Below are positions 18,266 through 27,970 of a DNA stretch of 64,000 nucleotides, piece by piece (positions within the stretch are counted from its first letter, which is position 1; each line of letters opens with the position of its first letter). Position numbers and translations under genes: made by a program. The notes under the pieces were generated by a model that did not search any database, was not told the DNA's origin, and saw nothing but the letters and a program-made list of their open reading frames with translations. The stretch is from Parasulfuritortus sp. (lineage in GTDB: Bacteria > Pseudomonadota > Gammaproteobacteria > Burkholderiales > Thiobacillaceae): assembly GCA_031291185.1 (NCBI GenBank), contig JARLJM010000160.1:3137-67136 (forward strand). The letters run 5' to 3'.

Positions 18266-20566
18266 ATGAATATCGAAAAGAGAGCGGCATCTCCAGACTT
18301 CATCAGGGCTGAGGCGCAATTTTGCGCGCACAACTACCATCCGGTGCCGGTCGTGGTGGAGCGCGCACGCGACTGCCTGGTATGGGACGTGGAGGGCCGC
18401 GAATACCTCGACATGATGAGTGCGTATTCCGCCGTCAGCCACGGCCATCTGCACCCGCGGCTGGTCGCGGCCGCCACGCGCCAGCTGCAGCAGGTGGCGG
18501 TCACCTCGCGCGCGTTTCACAGCACGGTGCTGGGGCCGTTTCTGGAAAAACTCTGCCGGCTCGCCGGCTTCGAGCAGGCCCTGCCGATGAACACCGGCGC
18601 CGAGGCGGTGGAAACTGCGATCAAGGCAGCGCGCCGCTGGGGCCACCGTGTCAAGGGAATTGCCGATGGCACCGCCGAAATCCTGGTCGCGCGCAACAAC
18701 TTCCACGGCCGTACCACCACCGTGATCAGCGCTTCGAGCGAGCCGGACTACAAGGCCGGCTTCGGGCCGCTCACGCCCGGCTTCAAGTTCTTTGACTTCG
18801 GCGACATGGCCAGCGTGCGCGCCGCCGCCTCGCCCCGCACCTGCGCCGTGCTGGTGGAGCCGATCCAGGGCGAGGCCGGCATCGTGCTGCCGCCGCCCGG
18901 CTTCTTCACCGAGTTGCGCGACTGGTGCACAGCGCACAACATCCTGCTGATCCTCGACGAGGTGCAGTCGGGCCTGGGGCGCACCGGGCGCTGGTTCGCG
19001 TTCGAGCACGAGGGCATCCGGCCCGACGCGCTGATCCTGGGCAAGGCGCTGGGCGGCGGGCTGCTGCCGGTCAGCGCGTTCCTGGCCGACCATGCGGTGA
19101 TGGACGTGTTCACTCCCGGCAGCCACGGCTCCACCTTCGGCGGCAACGCGCTCGCCGCCGCGGTCGCTCTGGAGGCCCTGCAGGTGATGGAAGACGAGAA
19201 CCTGGTGGCGCGCGGCGCGGCGCTGGGCCGGCATTTGCTGGCGCGGCTGCAGGCGGTGCAGGTCGCGGCCGCGCCGCTGATCCGCGCCGTGCGCGGCCGC
19301 GGCCTGTGGGTCGGCGTGGAGATGGACCCGGCTTGGGCCAGTGCGCGCGAGGTGGTCGAGCGCATGGCGGCGCACGGCGTGCTGTCCAAGGAAACCCATG
19401 AGACGGTGATCCGTTTTGCCCCGCCGCTGACCATCACGCGCGAGCAGATCGACCGGGCCGTGGATGTTTTTGCGCAGATTGTCCTTGCCATGCGTGCAAA
19501 GCCTGCTATACATTCGGGAGCAAATGCGCCATCGCCACGTCCCCTGCAGGAGACCATTGCCATGACCGATTCGCCGCCCGTCGCACCTGAGCCTGCAACG
19601 GCGCCGGTGCCGCATCTGTTGATGAGTCCGCCCGATTATTTCGAAGTCAGCTACGCCATCAACCCCTGGATGGACCCGACCCGCTGGTCGCTCGATGCGC
19701 AGCGCCTGTCGCAGGACGCGCACACCGGCTGGGTCGCCTTGAAACAGTGCTACGAAGCGCTGGGCGCCCGGGTGGTGGTCAAGCCCGCCGCCTACGGCCT
19801 GCCCGACCTGGTGTTCACGGCCAATTGCGCCGTGGTGCTGGACGGCAAGGTGGTGCTGGCGCGTTACCTGAATGCCGAGCGCCGGGGCGAGGAGGAGCAC
19901 GGCCAGCGCCTGTTCGAGCAGCTGCTCGCGCGCGGCGAGGTCGATTCGCTGCACCGCACGCCCGAGGGCGTGTTTTTCGAGGGCGCGGGCGACGCCATTT
20001 TCGACGCCGGGCGCGGCATCATGTGGATGGGCCACGGCCAGCGCTCCAGCCCGCAGGCGCGCCACACGATCGAGCAGGTGTACGGCATCCCGACCCTCGC
20101 GCTGGAGCTGGCCGACCCGCGCTTTTACCACCTCGACACCTGCTTTTGCCTGCTCTCGGGCGGCGAAGTGCTGTACTACCCCGAGGCCTTTACCGAGGCC
20201 GGCCGCGCGCAGATCCGGGCCGTGGCGGGCGAACACCTGATCGAGGCCGGCGCCGACGACGCGCTGCACCTGGGCGTCAACTCGGTGTGCATCGGCCGCG
20301 ACGTGGTGATGTGCCACTGCAGCGAGCCGCTGCGCGAGCTGCTAACGGCGCGCGGCTACCGCGTTCATGTGGTGCCGCTGGGCTCGTTCAACCGCTCCGG
20401 CGGCGCGGCCTACTGCCTGACCCTGAAGCTGAACAATCTGTACCGGGGGCGCAGCGCGCAACGCCGCGACGGGCCGCCCCGAGCAAGTTCGGCCCCCTCG
20501 GGGGGCAGCGCAGCACGCGAAGCGACGAGCGTGGGGGCCAATGAAACCTGGCCCAAGGCCGCGTAA
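18266..20566 (+). CDS. rocD: Fusion of ornithine--oxo-acid aminotransferase (aa 1 to ~410) and an amidinotransferase-superfamily / arginine dihydrolase-like domain (aa ~433-730)
   Basis: N-half: HNYHP, DMMSAYSAVSHGH, MNTGAEAVE, DEVQSGLGRTG, GKALGGG, HGSTFGGN. C-half: INPWM, PDLVFTAN, FEGAGDA, FYHLDTCF, GGAAYCLT. Single open frame with no stop. Confidence 0.9.
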   Translation: MNIEKRAASPDFIRAEAQFCAHNYHPVPVVVERARDCLVWDVEGREYLDMMSAYSAVSHGHLHPRLVAAATRQLQQVAVTSRAFHSTVLGPFLEKLCRLAGFEQALPMNTGAEAVETAIKAARRWGHRVKGIADGTAEILVARNNFHGRTTTVISASSEPDYKAGFGPLTPGFKFFDFGDMASVRAAASPRTCAVLVEPIQGEAGIVLPPPGFFTELRDWCTAHNILLILDEVQSGLGRTGRWFAFEHEGIRPDALILGKALGGGLLPVSAFLADHAVMDVFTPGSHGSTFGGNALAAAVALEALQVMEDENLVARGAALGRHLLARLQAVQVAAAPLIRAVRGRGLWVGVEMDPAWASAREVVERMAAHGVLSKETHETVIRFAPPLTITREQIDRAVDVFAQIVLAMRAKPAIHSGANAPSPRPLQETIAMTDSPPVAPEPATAPVPHLLMSPPDYFEVSYAINPWMDPTRWSLDAQRLSQDAHTGWVALKQCYEALGARVVVKPAAYGLPDLVFTANCAVVLDGKVVLARYLNAERRGEEEHGQRLFEQLLARGEVDSLHRTPEGVFFEGAGDAIFDAGRGIMWMGHGQRSSPQARHTIEQVYGIPTLALELADPRFYHLDTCFCLLSGGEVLYYPEAFTEAGRAQIRAVAGEHLIEAGADDALHLGVNSVCIGRDVVMCHCSEPLRELLTARGYRVHVVPLGSFNRSGGAAYCLTLKLNNLYRGRSAQRRDGPPRASSAPSGGSAAREATSVGANETWPKAA
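19466..19521 (-). repeat. 56-bp spaced motif, copy 5 (in the fusion linker)
   Basis: Reverse complement: GCT CCCGAATGTAT AGC N18 AAGGACA N8 AAAAAC. Confidence 0.7.
20471..20539 (+). repeat. REP-like repeat family 1, translated as the C-terminal tail of the rocD fusion
   Basis: Near-identical to 11203-11271; encodes [23 protein letters not shown]. Confidence 0.9.
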
Positions 20567-20578
20567 ACTGGCGCACTC

Positions 20579-21676
20579 ATGCAGCTCGCCCCGGCCCAAC
20601 TCCCGCAACACCTCCAGCGCGGACTCAAACCCCTGTACACCCTGCACGGCGACGAGCCGCTGCTGATCCAGGAGGCGGCCGATGCGCTGCGCGCCGCAGC
20701 GAGAGTCCAGGGCTACACCGAGCGCACGGTGCACACGGTGGCCGGCGCGAACTTCGACTGGAGCGAGGTGCTGGCGGCGGGCGGCTCGCTCAGCCTGTTT
20801 GCCGACAAGCAGATCGTTGAGGTCCGCATTCCCTCGGGCAAGCCCGGCAAGGAGGGCAGCGCGGCGCTGCAGCAACTGGCCGCGCAGGCGCAGGGCAATG
20901 ACAGCACGCTGACCCTGGTGCTGCTGCCGCGGCTCGACAAGGCGACCAAATCCGGGGCCTGGTTCGCGGCGCTGGAGAGCTTTGGCGTCACGCTGCAGGT
21001 CGAGCCGGTGGAGCGCGGCGCGCTGCCGCCATGGATCGCCCAGCGCCTGCAGGCCCAGGGCCAGCGCGTTAGCTCGGGCGAGGCCGGGCAGCGCACGCTG
21101 CAGTTTTTTGCCGACCGGGTGGAGGGCAACCTGCTGGCGGCGCACCAGGAAATCCAGAAGCTGGCGCTGCTGTACCCGCAGGGCGAGTTGACGCTCGAGC
21201 AGATCGAGCGCGCCGTGCTCAATGTCGCGCGCTACGACGTGTTCAAGCTGTCCGAGGCGGTGCTCGGCGGCCAGATCGGGCGCGTGACGCGCATGCTCGA
21301 CGGATTGCAGGCCGAGGGCGAGGCCGAGGTGCTGGTGCACTACACGCTGGCCGAGGACATCCGCGCGCTCAAGCGCGTGAAGGACGCGATTGGCGCGGGC
21401 CGCCCGCTGCCCATGGCGCTGCGCGAGCAACGCATCTGGGGCCTGAAGGAGCGCCTGTTCGAGCGCGCGCTGCCGCGCCTCACCGACACCGCGCTGGCCA
21501 ATTTGCTGTATGCCGCGCACCAGGTCGACGGCATCGTCAAGGGCCTCAAGCAACCCGACTGGCCGGTGGATGGCTGGCAGGCGCTGCACCGGCTTGCGAC
21601 GACGCTGTGCCGCGAGTGCGCGGCGCTGCCCGCCAGAGGCGCCGGCACGCCGGTGCGTGCCAAAATAGGGGCATGA
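20579..21676 (+). CDS. holA: DNA polymerase III subunit delta
   Basis: [20 protein letters not shown] and [15 protein letters not shown] motifs. Confidence 0.95.
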   Translation: MQLAPAQLPQHLQRGLKPLYTLHGDEPLLIQEAADALRAAARVQGYTERTVHTVAGANFDWSEVLAAGGSLSLFADKQIVEVRIPSGKPGKEGSAALQQLAAQAQGNDSTLTLVLLPRLDKATKSGAWFAALESFGVTLQVEPVERGALPPWIAQRLQAQGQRVSSGEAGQRTLQFFADRVEGNLLAAHQEIQKLALLYPQGELTLEQIERAVLNVARYDVFKLSEAVLGGQIGRVTRMLDGLQAEGEAEVLVHYTLAEDIRALKRVKDAIGAGRPLPMALREQRIWGLKERLFERALPRLTDTALANLLYAAHQVDGIVKGLKQPDWPVDGWQALHRLATTLCRECAALPARGAGTPVRAKIGA

Positions 21677-23064
21677 ACGCACCTAGTGACACCCCCGCGC
21701 TTGCCGCTTCGCGTGCTGCGCTGCCCCCCGAGGGGGCGCTCGGGTCCGGGGGTGGCCCGTCGGGACTCGACATCGCCGACTACACCCGAACCCTGGGTTT
21801 GCAGGCGAAAGCGGCCTCAGCCCTTATGGCGCGTTCGGATACAGCTATCAAAAATGCAGCACTGCGCAAACTCGCAAGCCTGCTGCGCACCAGCGGCCCG
21901 GCGCTGCAGGTGGAGAACGCGAAGGACATCGAGCGCGCCGTCGCGGCCGGCCTGGCCGCGCCGCTGGTGGACCGGCTGGGGCTCGGCCCCAAGGTGCTGG
22001 AGACCTGCGCCCAGGGCTGCGAGCAACTGGCCGCCATGCCCGACATCATTGGCGAGATCACGGCGCTGCGCCAGCAGCCCAGCGGCATCCGCGTCGGCCA
22101 GATGCGCGTGCCGATCGGCGTGTTCGGCATGATTTTCGAAAGCCGCCCCAACGTGACCATCGAGGCCGCCAGCCTGTCGATCAAGAGCGGCAACGCCTGC
22201 ATCCTGCGCGGCGGCTCGGAGGCGATCGAATCCAACAAGGCGCTCGCGAAACTGGTGCAGCAGGCGCTGGTCGAGAGCGGCCTGCCGGCCCACGCCGTGC
22301 AACTGGTGCAGACCACCGACCGCGAGGTGGTCGGCCAGCTCATCAGCATGCCGCAATATGTGGACGTGATCATTCCGCGCGGCGGCAAGGGCCTGATCGA
22401 GCGCATCTCGCGCGATGCCAAGGTGCCGGTCATCAAGCACCTGGACGGCAACTGCCATGTCTACGTCGACGATCCCTGCGACATCGACATGGCCGTCAGG
22501 GTCGCCGACAACGCCAAGACCAGCAAGTACAGCCCCTGCAACGCCAGCGAAGGCTTGCTGGTGGCGCGCGGCGTGGCGCAGGAATTTTTGCCGAAGATTG
22601 GCGCCATCTACGCGGCCAAGGGCGTGGAGATGCGCTGCGACCTGGAAGCCGCGCAGATCCTGCGAGCGGCCGTTCAACCCGGCTCCGTTGACGGCCGGCG
22701 CGCCCCCAGGATCGAGGCCGCCACCGAGCAGGACTGGTACGAGGAATACCTCGCGCCCATCATCAGCGTCAAGGTGGTGGCGGGGCTGGACGAGGCGATT
22801 GCGCACATCAACCAGTACTCCAGCCACCACACCGACGCGATCCTGACGCGCGACCACATGCACGCGCAGCGCTTCCTGCGCGAGGTCGATTCGGCCAGCG
22901 TGATGGTGAATGCCAGCACCCGCTTTGCCGACGGTTTCGAGTTTGGCCTGGGCGCCGAAATCGGCATCAGCACCGACAAGTTCCATGCGCGCGGGCCGGT
23001 CGGGATCGAGGGGCTGACGTCGCTGAAATATGTCGTGCTGGGCCAGGGCGAGGTGCGCAGCTAG
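21673..23064 (+). CDS. proA: Gamma-glutamyl phosphate reductase with a REP-derived N-terminal insert
   Basis: [14 protein letters not shown] and [22 protein letters not shown] motifs; ATG 21673 overlaps the holA stop (ATGA). Confidence 0.95.
   Translation: MNAPSDTPALAASRAALPPEGALGSGGGPSGLDIADYTRTLGLQAKAASALMARSDTAIKNAALRKLASLLRTSGPALQVENAKDIERAVAAGLAAPLVDRLGLGPKVLETCAQGCEQLAAMPDIIGEITALRQQPSGIRVGQMRVPIGVFGMIFESRPNVTIEAASLSIKSGNACILRGGSEAIESNKALAKLVQQALVESGLPAHAVQLVQTTDREVVGQLISMPQYVDVIIPRGGKGLIERISRDAKVPVIKHLDGNCHVYVDDPCDIDMAVRVADNAKTSKYSPCNASEGLLVARGVAQEFLPKIGAIYAAKGVEMRCDLEAAQILRAAVQPGSVDGRRAPRIEAATEQDWYEEYLAPIISVKVVAGLDEAIAHINQYSSHHTDAILTRDHMHAQRFLREVDSASVMVNASTRFADGFEFGLGAEIGISTDKFHARGPVGIEGLTSLKYVVLGQGEVRS
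21691..21759 (-). repeat. REP-like repeat family 1, in frame within the proA 5' end
   Basis: ACCCCCGCGCTTGCCGCTTCGCGTGCTGCGCTGCCCCCCGAGGGGGC..GGCCC aligns to 45766-45834; encodes [23 protein letters not shown]. Confidence 0.85.
21805..21860 (-). repeat. 56-bp spaced motif, copy 6 (inside proA)
   Basis: Reverse complement: GCT GCATTTTTGAT AGC N18 AAGGGCT N8 TTTCGC. Confidence 0.8.
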
Positions 23065-23141
23065 CGCGTTTGTGTTTATTGCCCGCGGCACATTTGTCGG
23101 GTAGTGTTGACATCCCGCCGGACACAAAAGAAGGAAACCCC

Positions 23142-24431
23142 ATGAGCGCAACCCTGGCCAGCGCCGCGCCGCGGCCCAAGGCGACCTTCACCACGATCGC
23201 CGCGATCACCATCGGCAACGGCCTCGAATTCTTCGACTTCACGGTCTATGCGTTTTTTTCGGTGATCATCGGCAGCCTGTTCTTTCCTGCCAGGGACGCG
23301 ATCGACAGCCTGATGCTGGCCCTGGGCAGCTATGGCATCGCGTTCCTGGCGCGGCCCATCGGGGGCCTCGTGCTGGGCCTGTATGCCGACCGGGTCGGAC
23401 GCAAACCGGCCATGACCCTGACCCTGATCCTGATGGCGGCCGGCTCGCTCGGAATGGCGCTGGCGCCCACTTATGCGCAGATCGGCGTGCTCGGGCCAAT
23501 CTGGCTCGTCACGGCGCGCCTGATCCAGGGCTTTGCCCTCGGCGGCGAGGTCGGCGCCTCGACCTCCTTGCTGCTGGAGTACGCCGATGACCACAGCCGG
23601 GGCTACTTCGGCAGCTGGCAGTTCGTCAGCCAGGGCCTGAGTTCGCTGCTGGGGGCGGGCATCGCAACACTGCTGACCAACACCTTGCCGCATGATGCGC
23701 TCTATTCGTGGGGCTGGCGCATCCCGTTTGCCATCGGCGTGCTGATGGTGCCGCTCGGGGTCTACATCCGGCGCCACCTCGACGAAACGCTGGGCCACCA
23801 GCCGCAAGCCGGTGACAGCTCCAGGGCCAAACTCAAGGAAGTTTTCCAGACCCACGCCGGACTGGTCTGGTCGGGCGTGCTGATGATCCTCGGCGGCACG
23901 GTCGCGACCTACATTACCGTCTTCTACTTTCCCACCTACGCGGCCCAGTTCCTGCACATGCCGCTGTCGCTGACGCTGTGGGCGAGCGTCACCTCGTCGG
24001 CCATCCTTGTGCCGGTATCGGTCCTGGCAGGACGGCTGTCGGACCGGGTCGGCCGCATTCCTGTGATCCTGTGGTCGCGCGCGGCGATGGTCGTGCTGGT
24101 GGTGCCGGGTTTCATGCTGCTGGTGGCACACCCCCAAGGCGCCGTGTTGATCGGCGTGGTCGCGGTGCTCTCTGTCCTGCTCGCGCTGCAGGCCTCGCCG
24201 GGCATCACTTTCATTACCGAACTGTACCCACGCCCGATCCGCGCCACCTCCCTGTCGGTCGTGTACAGCGTGGGCGTGGCGGTGTTCGGCGGTACCGCCC
24301 AGCTCATCGTGACCTGGCTCATCAAGGTCACGGGCAGCGACCTCGCCCCGGCGTGGTACATGATCGCTGCAGCCGTGATTTCGACGATTCCGCTGTTCTG
24401 GCTCAAGGAGACGGCAGGCCGGCCGATCTGA
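23142..24431 (+). CDS. MFS transporter, metabolite:H+ symporter (ProP/CitA-like) family
   Basis: GNGLEFFDF, ARPIGG, ADRVGRK, RLIQGFALGGE and WGWRIPF motifs; SD AAGGA before ATG 23142. Confidence 0.9.
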   Translation: MSATLASAAPRPKATFTTIAAITIGNGLEFFDFTVYAFFSVIIGSLFFPARDAIDSLMLALGSYGIAFLARPIGGLVLGLYADRVGRKPAMTLTLILMAAGSLGMALAPTYAQIGVLGPIWLVTARLIQGFALGGEVGASTSLLLEYADDHSRGYFGSWQFVSQGLSSLLGAGIATLLTNTLPHDALYSWGWRIPFAIGVLMVPLGVYIRRHLDETLGHQPQAGDSSRAKLKEVFQTHAGLVWSGVLMILGGTVATYITVFYFPTYAAQFLHMPLSLTLWASVTSSAILVPVSVLAGRLSDRVGRIPVILWSRAAMVVLVVPGFMLLVAHPQGAVLIGVVAVLSVLLALQASPGITFITELYPRPIRATSLSVVYSVGVAVFGGTAQLIVTWLIKVTGSDLAPAWYMIAAAVISTIPLFWLKETAGRPI

Positions 24432-24582
24432 GCCCGGATTGCGCGCGAACTTCAGCGCGCCGCGCGGGCTTATGATCGCCATTTTGACGGCCTGTTGAAC
24501 GACCCTTGCAACCGGCGGGGGCGCCCTCAAATGCCTCCAAGCCAATCCAGCATTTCTTCCAGACCAATAACAAAAGGGCCGC

Positions 24583-25872
24583 ATGGTTCCGCATCTCATC
24601 ACGGCACTCACCGGCCCCATCAACGAGCTGGAGCAGCGCATTCTCGACTCCATGCCGGCCATCGAGCGCTGGTTCCGCCTCGAGTGGATGGAGCACACGC
24701 CGCCGTTCTACAGCGCGGTCGACATCCGTAACGCCGGCTTCAAGCTGGCCCCGGTGGACACCAATCTGTACCCCGGCGGCTGGAACAACCTGACCCCCGA
24801 GATGCTGCCGCTGGCGGTGCAGGCGGCGCAGGCGGCGATTGAAAAAATCTGTCCCGAGGCCAAAAACCTGCTGGTGATCCCGGAAAACCATACGCGCAAC
24901 ACGTTTTACCTAAGCAGCGTGGCGCAGTTGCAGCGCATCTTCCACATGGCTGGGCTGAATGTGCGCATCGGCTCGATCGACCCCGCGATCAAGAAAACCA
25001 CCACGGTCGAGTTGCCGAACGGCGAGCACGTGACGCTGGAGCCGGTGATCCGCACCCGGCGCCGCCTCGGCCTGAAGGACTTCGACCCCTGCACCATCCT
25101 GCTGAACAACGACCTCGCGGCCGGCATCCCCGGCATTCTGGAAGACATTCATGAGCAGTACCTGTTGCCGCCGCTGCAGGCGGGCTGGTCGGTGCGGCGC
25201 AAGAGCAACCATTTCCACAGCTATGAAGAGGTGTCCAAGCGCTTTGGCAAGCTGCTGGGCATCGACCCCTGGCTCATCAACCCGATGTTCGGCAAGTGCG
25301 GCGAGGTGAATTTTGCGGAAGGCTCGGGCATGGATGGCCTGACCAGCAACGTCGATGCGCTGCTGACCAAGATCCGGCGCAAGTACAAGGAATACGGCAT
25401 CAACGAAAAACCGTTCGTGGTGGTCAAGGCCGACAATGGCAGCTCCGGCATGGGCATCATGACGGTGCGCGACGCCAAGGACCTCGAAGCGCTGAACCGC
25501 AAGGGCAAGACGGACTTCGTCAAGGCCGGCGAGGGGGTCAGCGACGTCATCATCCAGGAAGGCGTGCTGACCAACGAGCGCATGAACGACGCCGTGGCCG
25601 AACCGGTGGTCTACATGATGGACCGCTATGTGGTGGGCGGCTTTTACCGGGTGCATGCGGAACGCGGCGTGGACGAAAACCTGAATGCCCCCGGCTCCCG
25701 GTTCGTGCCGCTGGCGTTTGCCGAGAGTACGCGCTTACCTCAGCCGGGCATGAAGCCGGGCGCCAGCGCGCCCAACCGCTTCTACATGTACGGCGTGATC
25801 GGCCGGCTCGCCATGCTGGCCGCCAGCTACGAGCTCGAAGCCACCGATCCGGACGCCGAGATCTACGACTGA
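24583..25872 (+). CDS. gshA: Glutamate--cysteine ligase (betaproteobacterial/Acidithiobacillus type)
   Basis: PPFYSAVDIRNAGFKLAPVDTNLYPGGWNNL and YVVGGFYRVH motifs; linked to gshB. Confidence 0.92.
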   Translation: MVPHLITALTGPINELEQRILDSMPAIERWFRLEWMEHTPPFYSAVDIRNAGFKLAPVDTNLYPGGWNNLTPEMLPLAVQAAQAAIEKICPEAKNLLVIPENHTRNTFYLSSVAQLQRIFHMAGLNVRIGSIDPAIKKTTTVELPNGEHVTLEPVIRTRRRLGLKDFDPCTILLNNDLAAGIPGILEDIHEQYLLPPLQAGWSVRRKSNHFHSYEEVSKRFGKLLGIDPWLINPMFGKCGEVNFAEGSGMDGLTSNVDALLTKIRRKYKEYGINEKPFVVVKADNGSSGMGIMTVRDAKDLEALNRKGKTDFVKAGEGVSDVIIQEGVLTNERMNDAVAEPVVYMMDRYVVGGFYRVHAERGVDENLNAPGSRFVPLAFAESTRLPQPGMKPGASAPNRFYMYGVIGRLAMLAASYELEATDPDAEIYD

Positions 25873-25901
25873 GGCGCTCCGCCACCCCCCGGCGCACGAG
25901 T

Positions 25902-25916
25902 TGTTGCGCTGCAACA
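25902..25916. promoter_or_regulatory. Perfect dyad upstream of kup, possible operator
   Basis: TGTTGC-GCT-GCAACA in the gshA-kup intergenic region. Confidence 0.35.
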
Positions 25917-26037
25917 GCTGTGTGATTTGCGGCATTTAGACGCTTGGGCCGACATGGATGGAGGCCTTCCAAGTGCAGAATAGCCCCCTTCAAGGCAACG
26001 CAAGCCGCTCCGGCATCGAGCCCGGGTGCATTAACCA

Positions 26038-27906
26038 GTGACAGCATCCAAATCATCCTTTGCCGCGCTCACGCTCGGTGCCATCGGCGTTGTCTATGGT
26101 GACATCGGCACCAGCGTCCTGTACGCGTTCCAGACGGTCTTCACGACCGGCCACGTGGCCCTCACGCATGACAACATCTACGGCATCTTGTCGATGTTCT
26201 TCTGGACGCTGACCATCATCGTGTCCATCAAGTACGTGGTGCTGGTGCTGCGCGCCGACAACAACGGCGAAGGCGGCACGGCCTCGATGCTGGCGCTGGC
26301 CTCCAACGCGGTCGCCAACCGGCCCAAGCTGCGCCGACGCCTGCTCGTGATCGGCATGTTCGGGGCGGCCCTGTTCTATGGCGATGGCGTCATCACGCCG
26401 GCGATCTCGGTGCTGTCGGCCGTCGAGGGGCTGGAGGTGGTGTCGCCGGCATTCAAGGAATATGTGATCCCCCTCACGCTGGGCATCCTGTTTTTGCTGT
26501 TTGTCGTGCAAAAGCGGGGCACGACCCACATCGGCAGGTTTTTCGGGCCGATCATGCTCGTCTGGCTGGCCGTGATCGGTTTGCTCGGTCTCATGCAGAT
26601 CGCCGGCCACCCGGCGGTCCTGAAGGCGCTGAGTCCGTACTACGCCGTGCGCTTCACGATCACCAGCCCGGGTGTGACCTTCGTGATCCTGGGCGCCATC
26701 ATCCTGTGCGTCACGGGGGCCGAGGCGCTGTATGCGGACATGGGCCACTTCGGCAAAAAACCGATCCGCGCGGCCTGGTTCAGCGTCGTCATGCCGGCCC
26801 TCGTGCTGAACTATTTCGGCCAGGGCGCGCTGGTGCTCAAGAACGCGGAAGCCGTGAAGAATCCTTTCTACCTGATGGCACCCGACTGGGCGTTGCTGCC
26901 CATGGTGGTGCTGGCGACCATGGCCACCGTGATCGCCTCCCAGGCCCTGATCTCGGGGGCCTTCAGCGCCACCAAGCAGATCATCCTGCTCGGCTATCTG
27001 CCACGCATCCAGATCCTGCATACCAGCGTCAAGGAAACGGGGCAGATTTACCTGCCGTTTGTAAACTGGACGCTGTTCGTGGCGATCGTGCTGGCGGTGG
27101 TGCTGTTCAGGTCGTCGGAAGCGCTGGCTGCGGCCTACGGCATCGCGGTCTGCGGCACGATGCTGATTACCACGATCCTGACGTTCTACGTGGTCCGCTA
27201 CGCGTGGCACTATCCGCTGCCGCTGTGCATCGCCGCCACCGGCTGCTTCTTCGTGGTGGACCTGGCGTTCCTGTCCTCGAACATGCTCAAGATCCTTGAA
27301 GGCGGCTGGTTCCCGATTGTGATTGCCGGGGGTGTCTTCACGCTGATGGTCACCTGGAAAGAGGGCCGCCGCCTGCTCAATGCCAAGCTGCGCACCGACG
27401 CCATCGACCTGCCGAGCTTCCTCGAAGCGGTGTTCGTGAGCCCGCCGGCGCGCGTGGCCGGCACCGCCGTGTTCCTGACCGCCGAACCCGGCATGGTGCC
27501 CAATGCCCTGCTGCACAACCTCAAGCACAACAAGGTGCTGCACGAGCAGAACCTGTTCGTCACGGTGCGCAACCACGAGGTGCCGTGGATCGGCATGGAC
27601 AAGCGGCTGGAGGTCGAGGCGCTGGGGCACCACTGCTGGCAGGTGATCATCCATTACGGCTTCAAGAACGACCCCGACCTGCCGCGCGCGCTGCAGCAAA
27701 CGCGCGGGCGGGGCTGCGACGTGGAGCCGATGACGACCAGCTATTTCCTGTCGCGCGATATCGTGATCCCCACCATTGGCAGCGGCATGGCGCCCTGGCG
27801 CGAAAAGCTGTTTGCGCAGATGCACCACGCCGCCAGCGGGGCCGCCGACTTCCTCAACCTGCCCAACAACTCGGTGGTGGAGCTGGGATCGAAAATTGAA
27901 CTCTGA
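26038..27906 (+). CDS. kup: KUP/HAK/KT potassium transporter (copy 1)
   Basis: [34 protein letters not shown] and [11 protein letters not shown] motifs. Confidence 0.95.
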   Translation: MTASKSSFAALTLGAIGVVYGDIGTSVLYAFQTVFTTGHVALTHDNIYGILSMFFWTLTIIVSIKYVVLVLRADNNGEGGTASMLALASNAVANRPKLRRRLLVIGMFGAALFYGDGVITPAISVLSAVEGLEVVSPAFKEYVIPLTLGILFLLFVVQKRGTTHIGRFFGPIMLVWLAVIGLLGLMQIAGHPAVLKALSPYYAVRFTITSPGVTFVILGAIILCVTGAEALYADMGHFGKKPIRAAWFSVVMPALVLNYFGQGALVLKNAEAVKNPFYLMAPDWALLPMVVLATMATVIASQALISGAFSATKQIILLGYLPRIQILHTSVKETGQIYLPFVNWTLFVAIVLAVVLFRSSEALAAAYGIAVCGTMLITTILTFYVVRYAWHYPLPLCIAATGCFFVVDLAFLSSNMLKILEGGWFPIVIAGGVFTLMVTWKEGRRLLNAKLRTDAIDLPSFLEAVFVSPPARVAGTAVFLTAEPGMVPNALLHNLKHNKVLHEQNLFVTVRNHEVPWIGMDKRLEVEALGHHCWQVIIHYGFKNDPDLPRALQQTRGRGCDVEPMTTSYFLSRDIVIPTIGSGMAPWREKLFAQMHHAASGAADFLNLPNNSVVELGSKIEL

Positions 27907-27970
27907 GTCCCCGCTGTCCGGGCTGGCCTGAAGCCCGCGGGGCGGGCGGGCCCGGCTTTCCTTTCTGCAG

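Noticed and set aside
25873-26037. Riboswitch upstream of kup
   Set aside because: No recognisable c-di-AMP (ydaO) or other aptamer consensus and no terminator; an Rfam scan would settle it.
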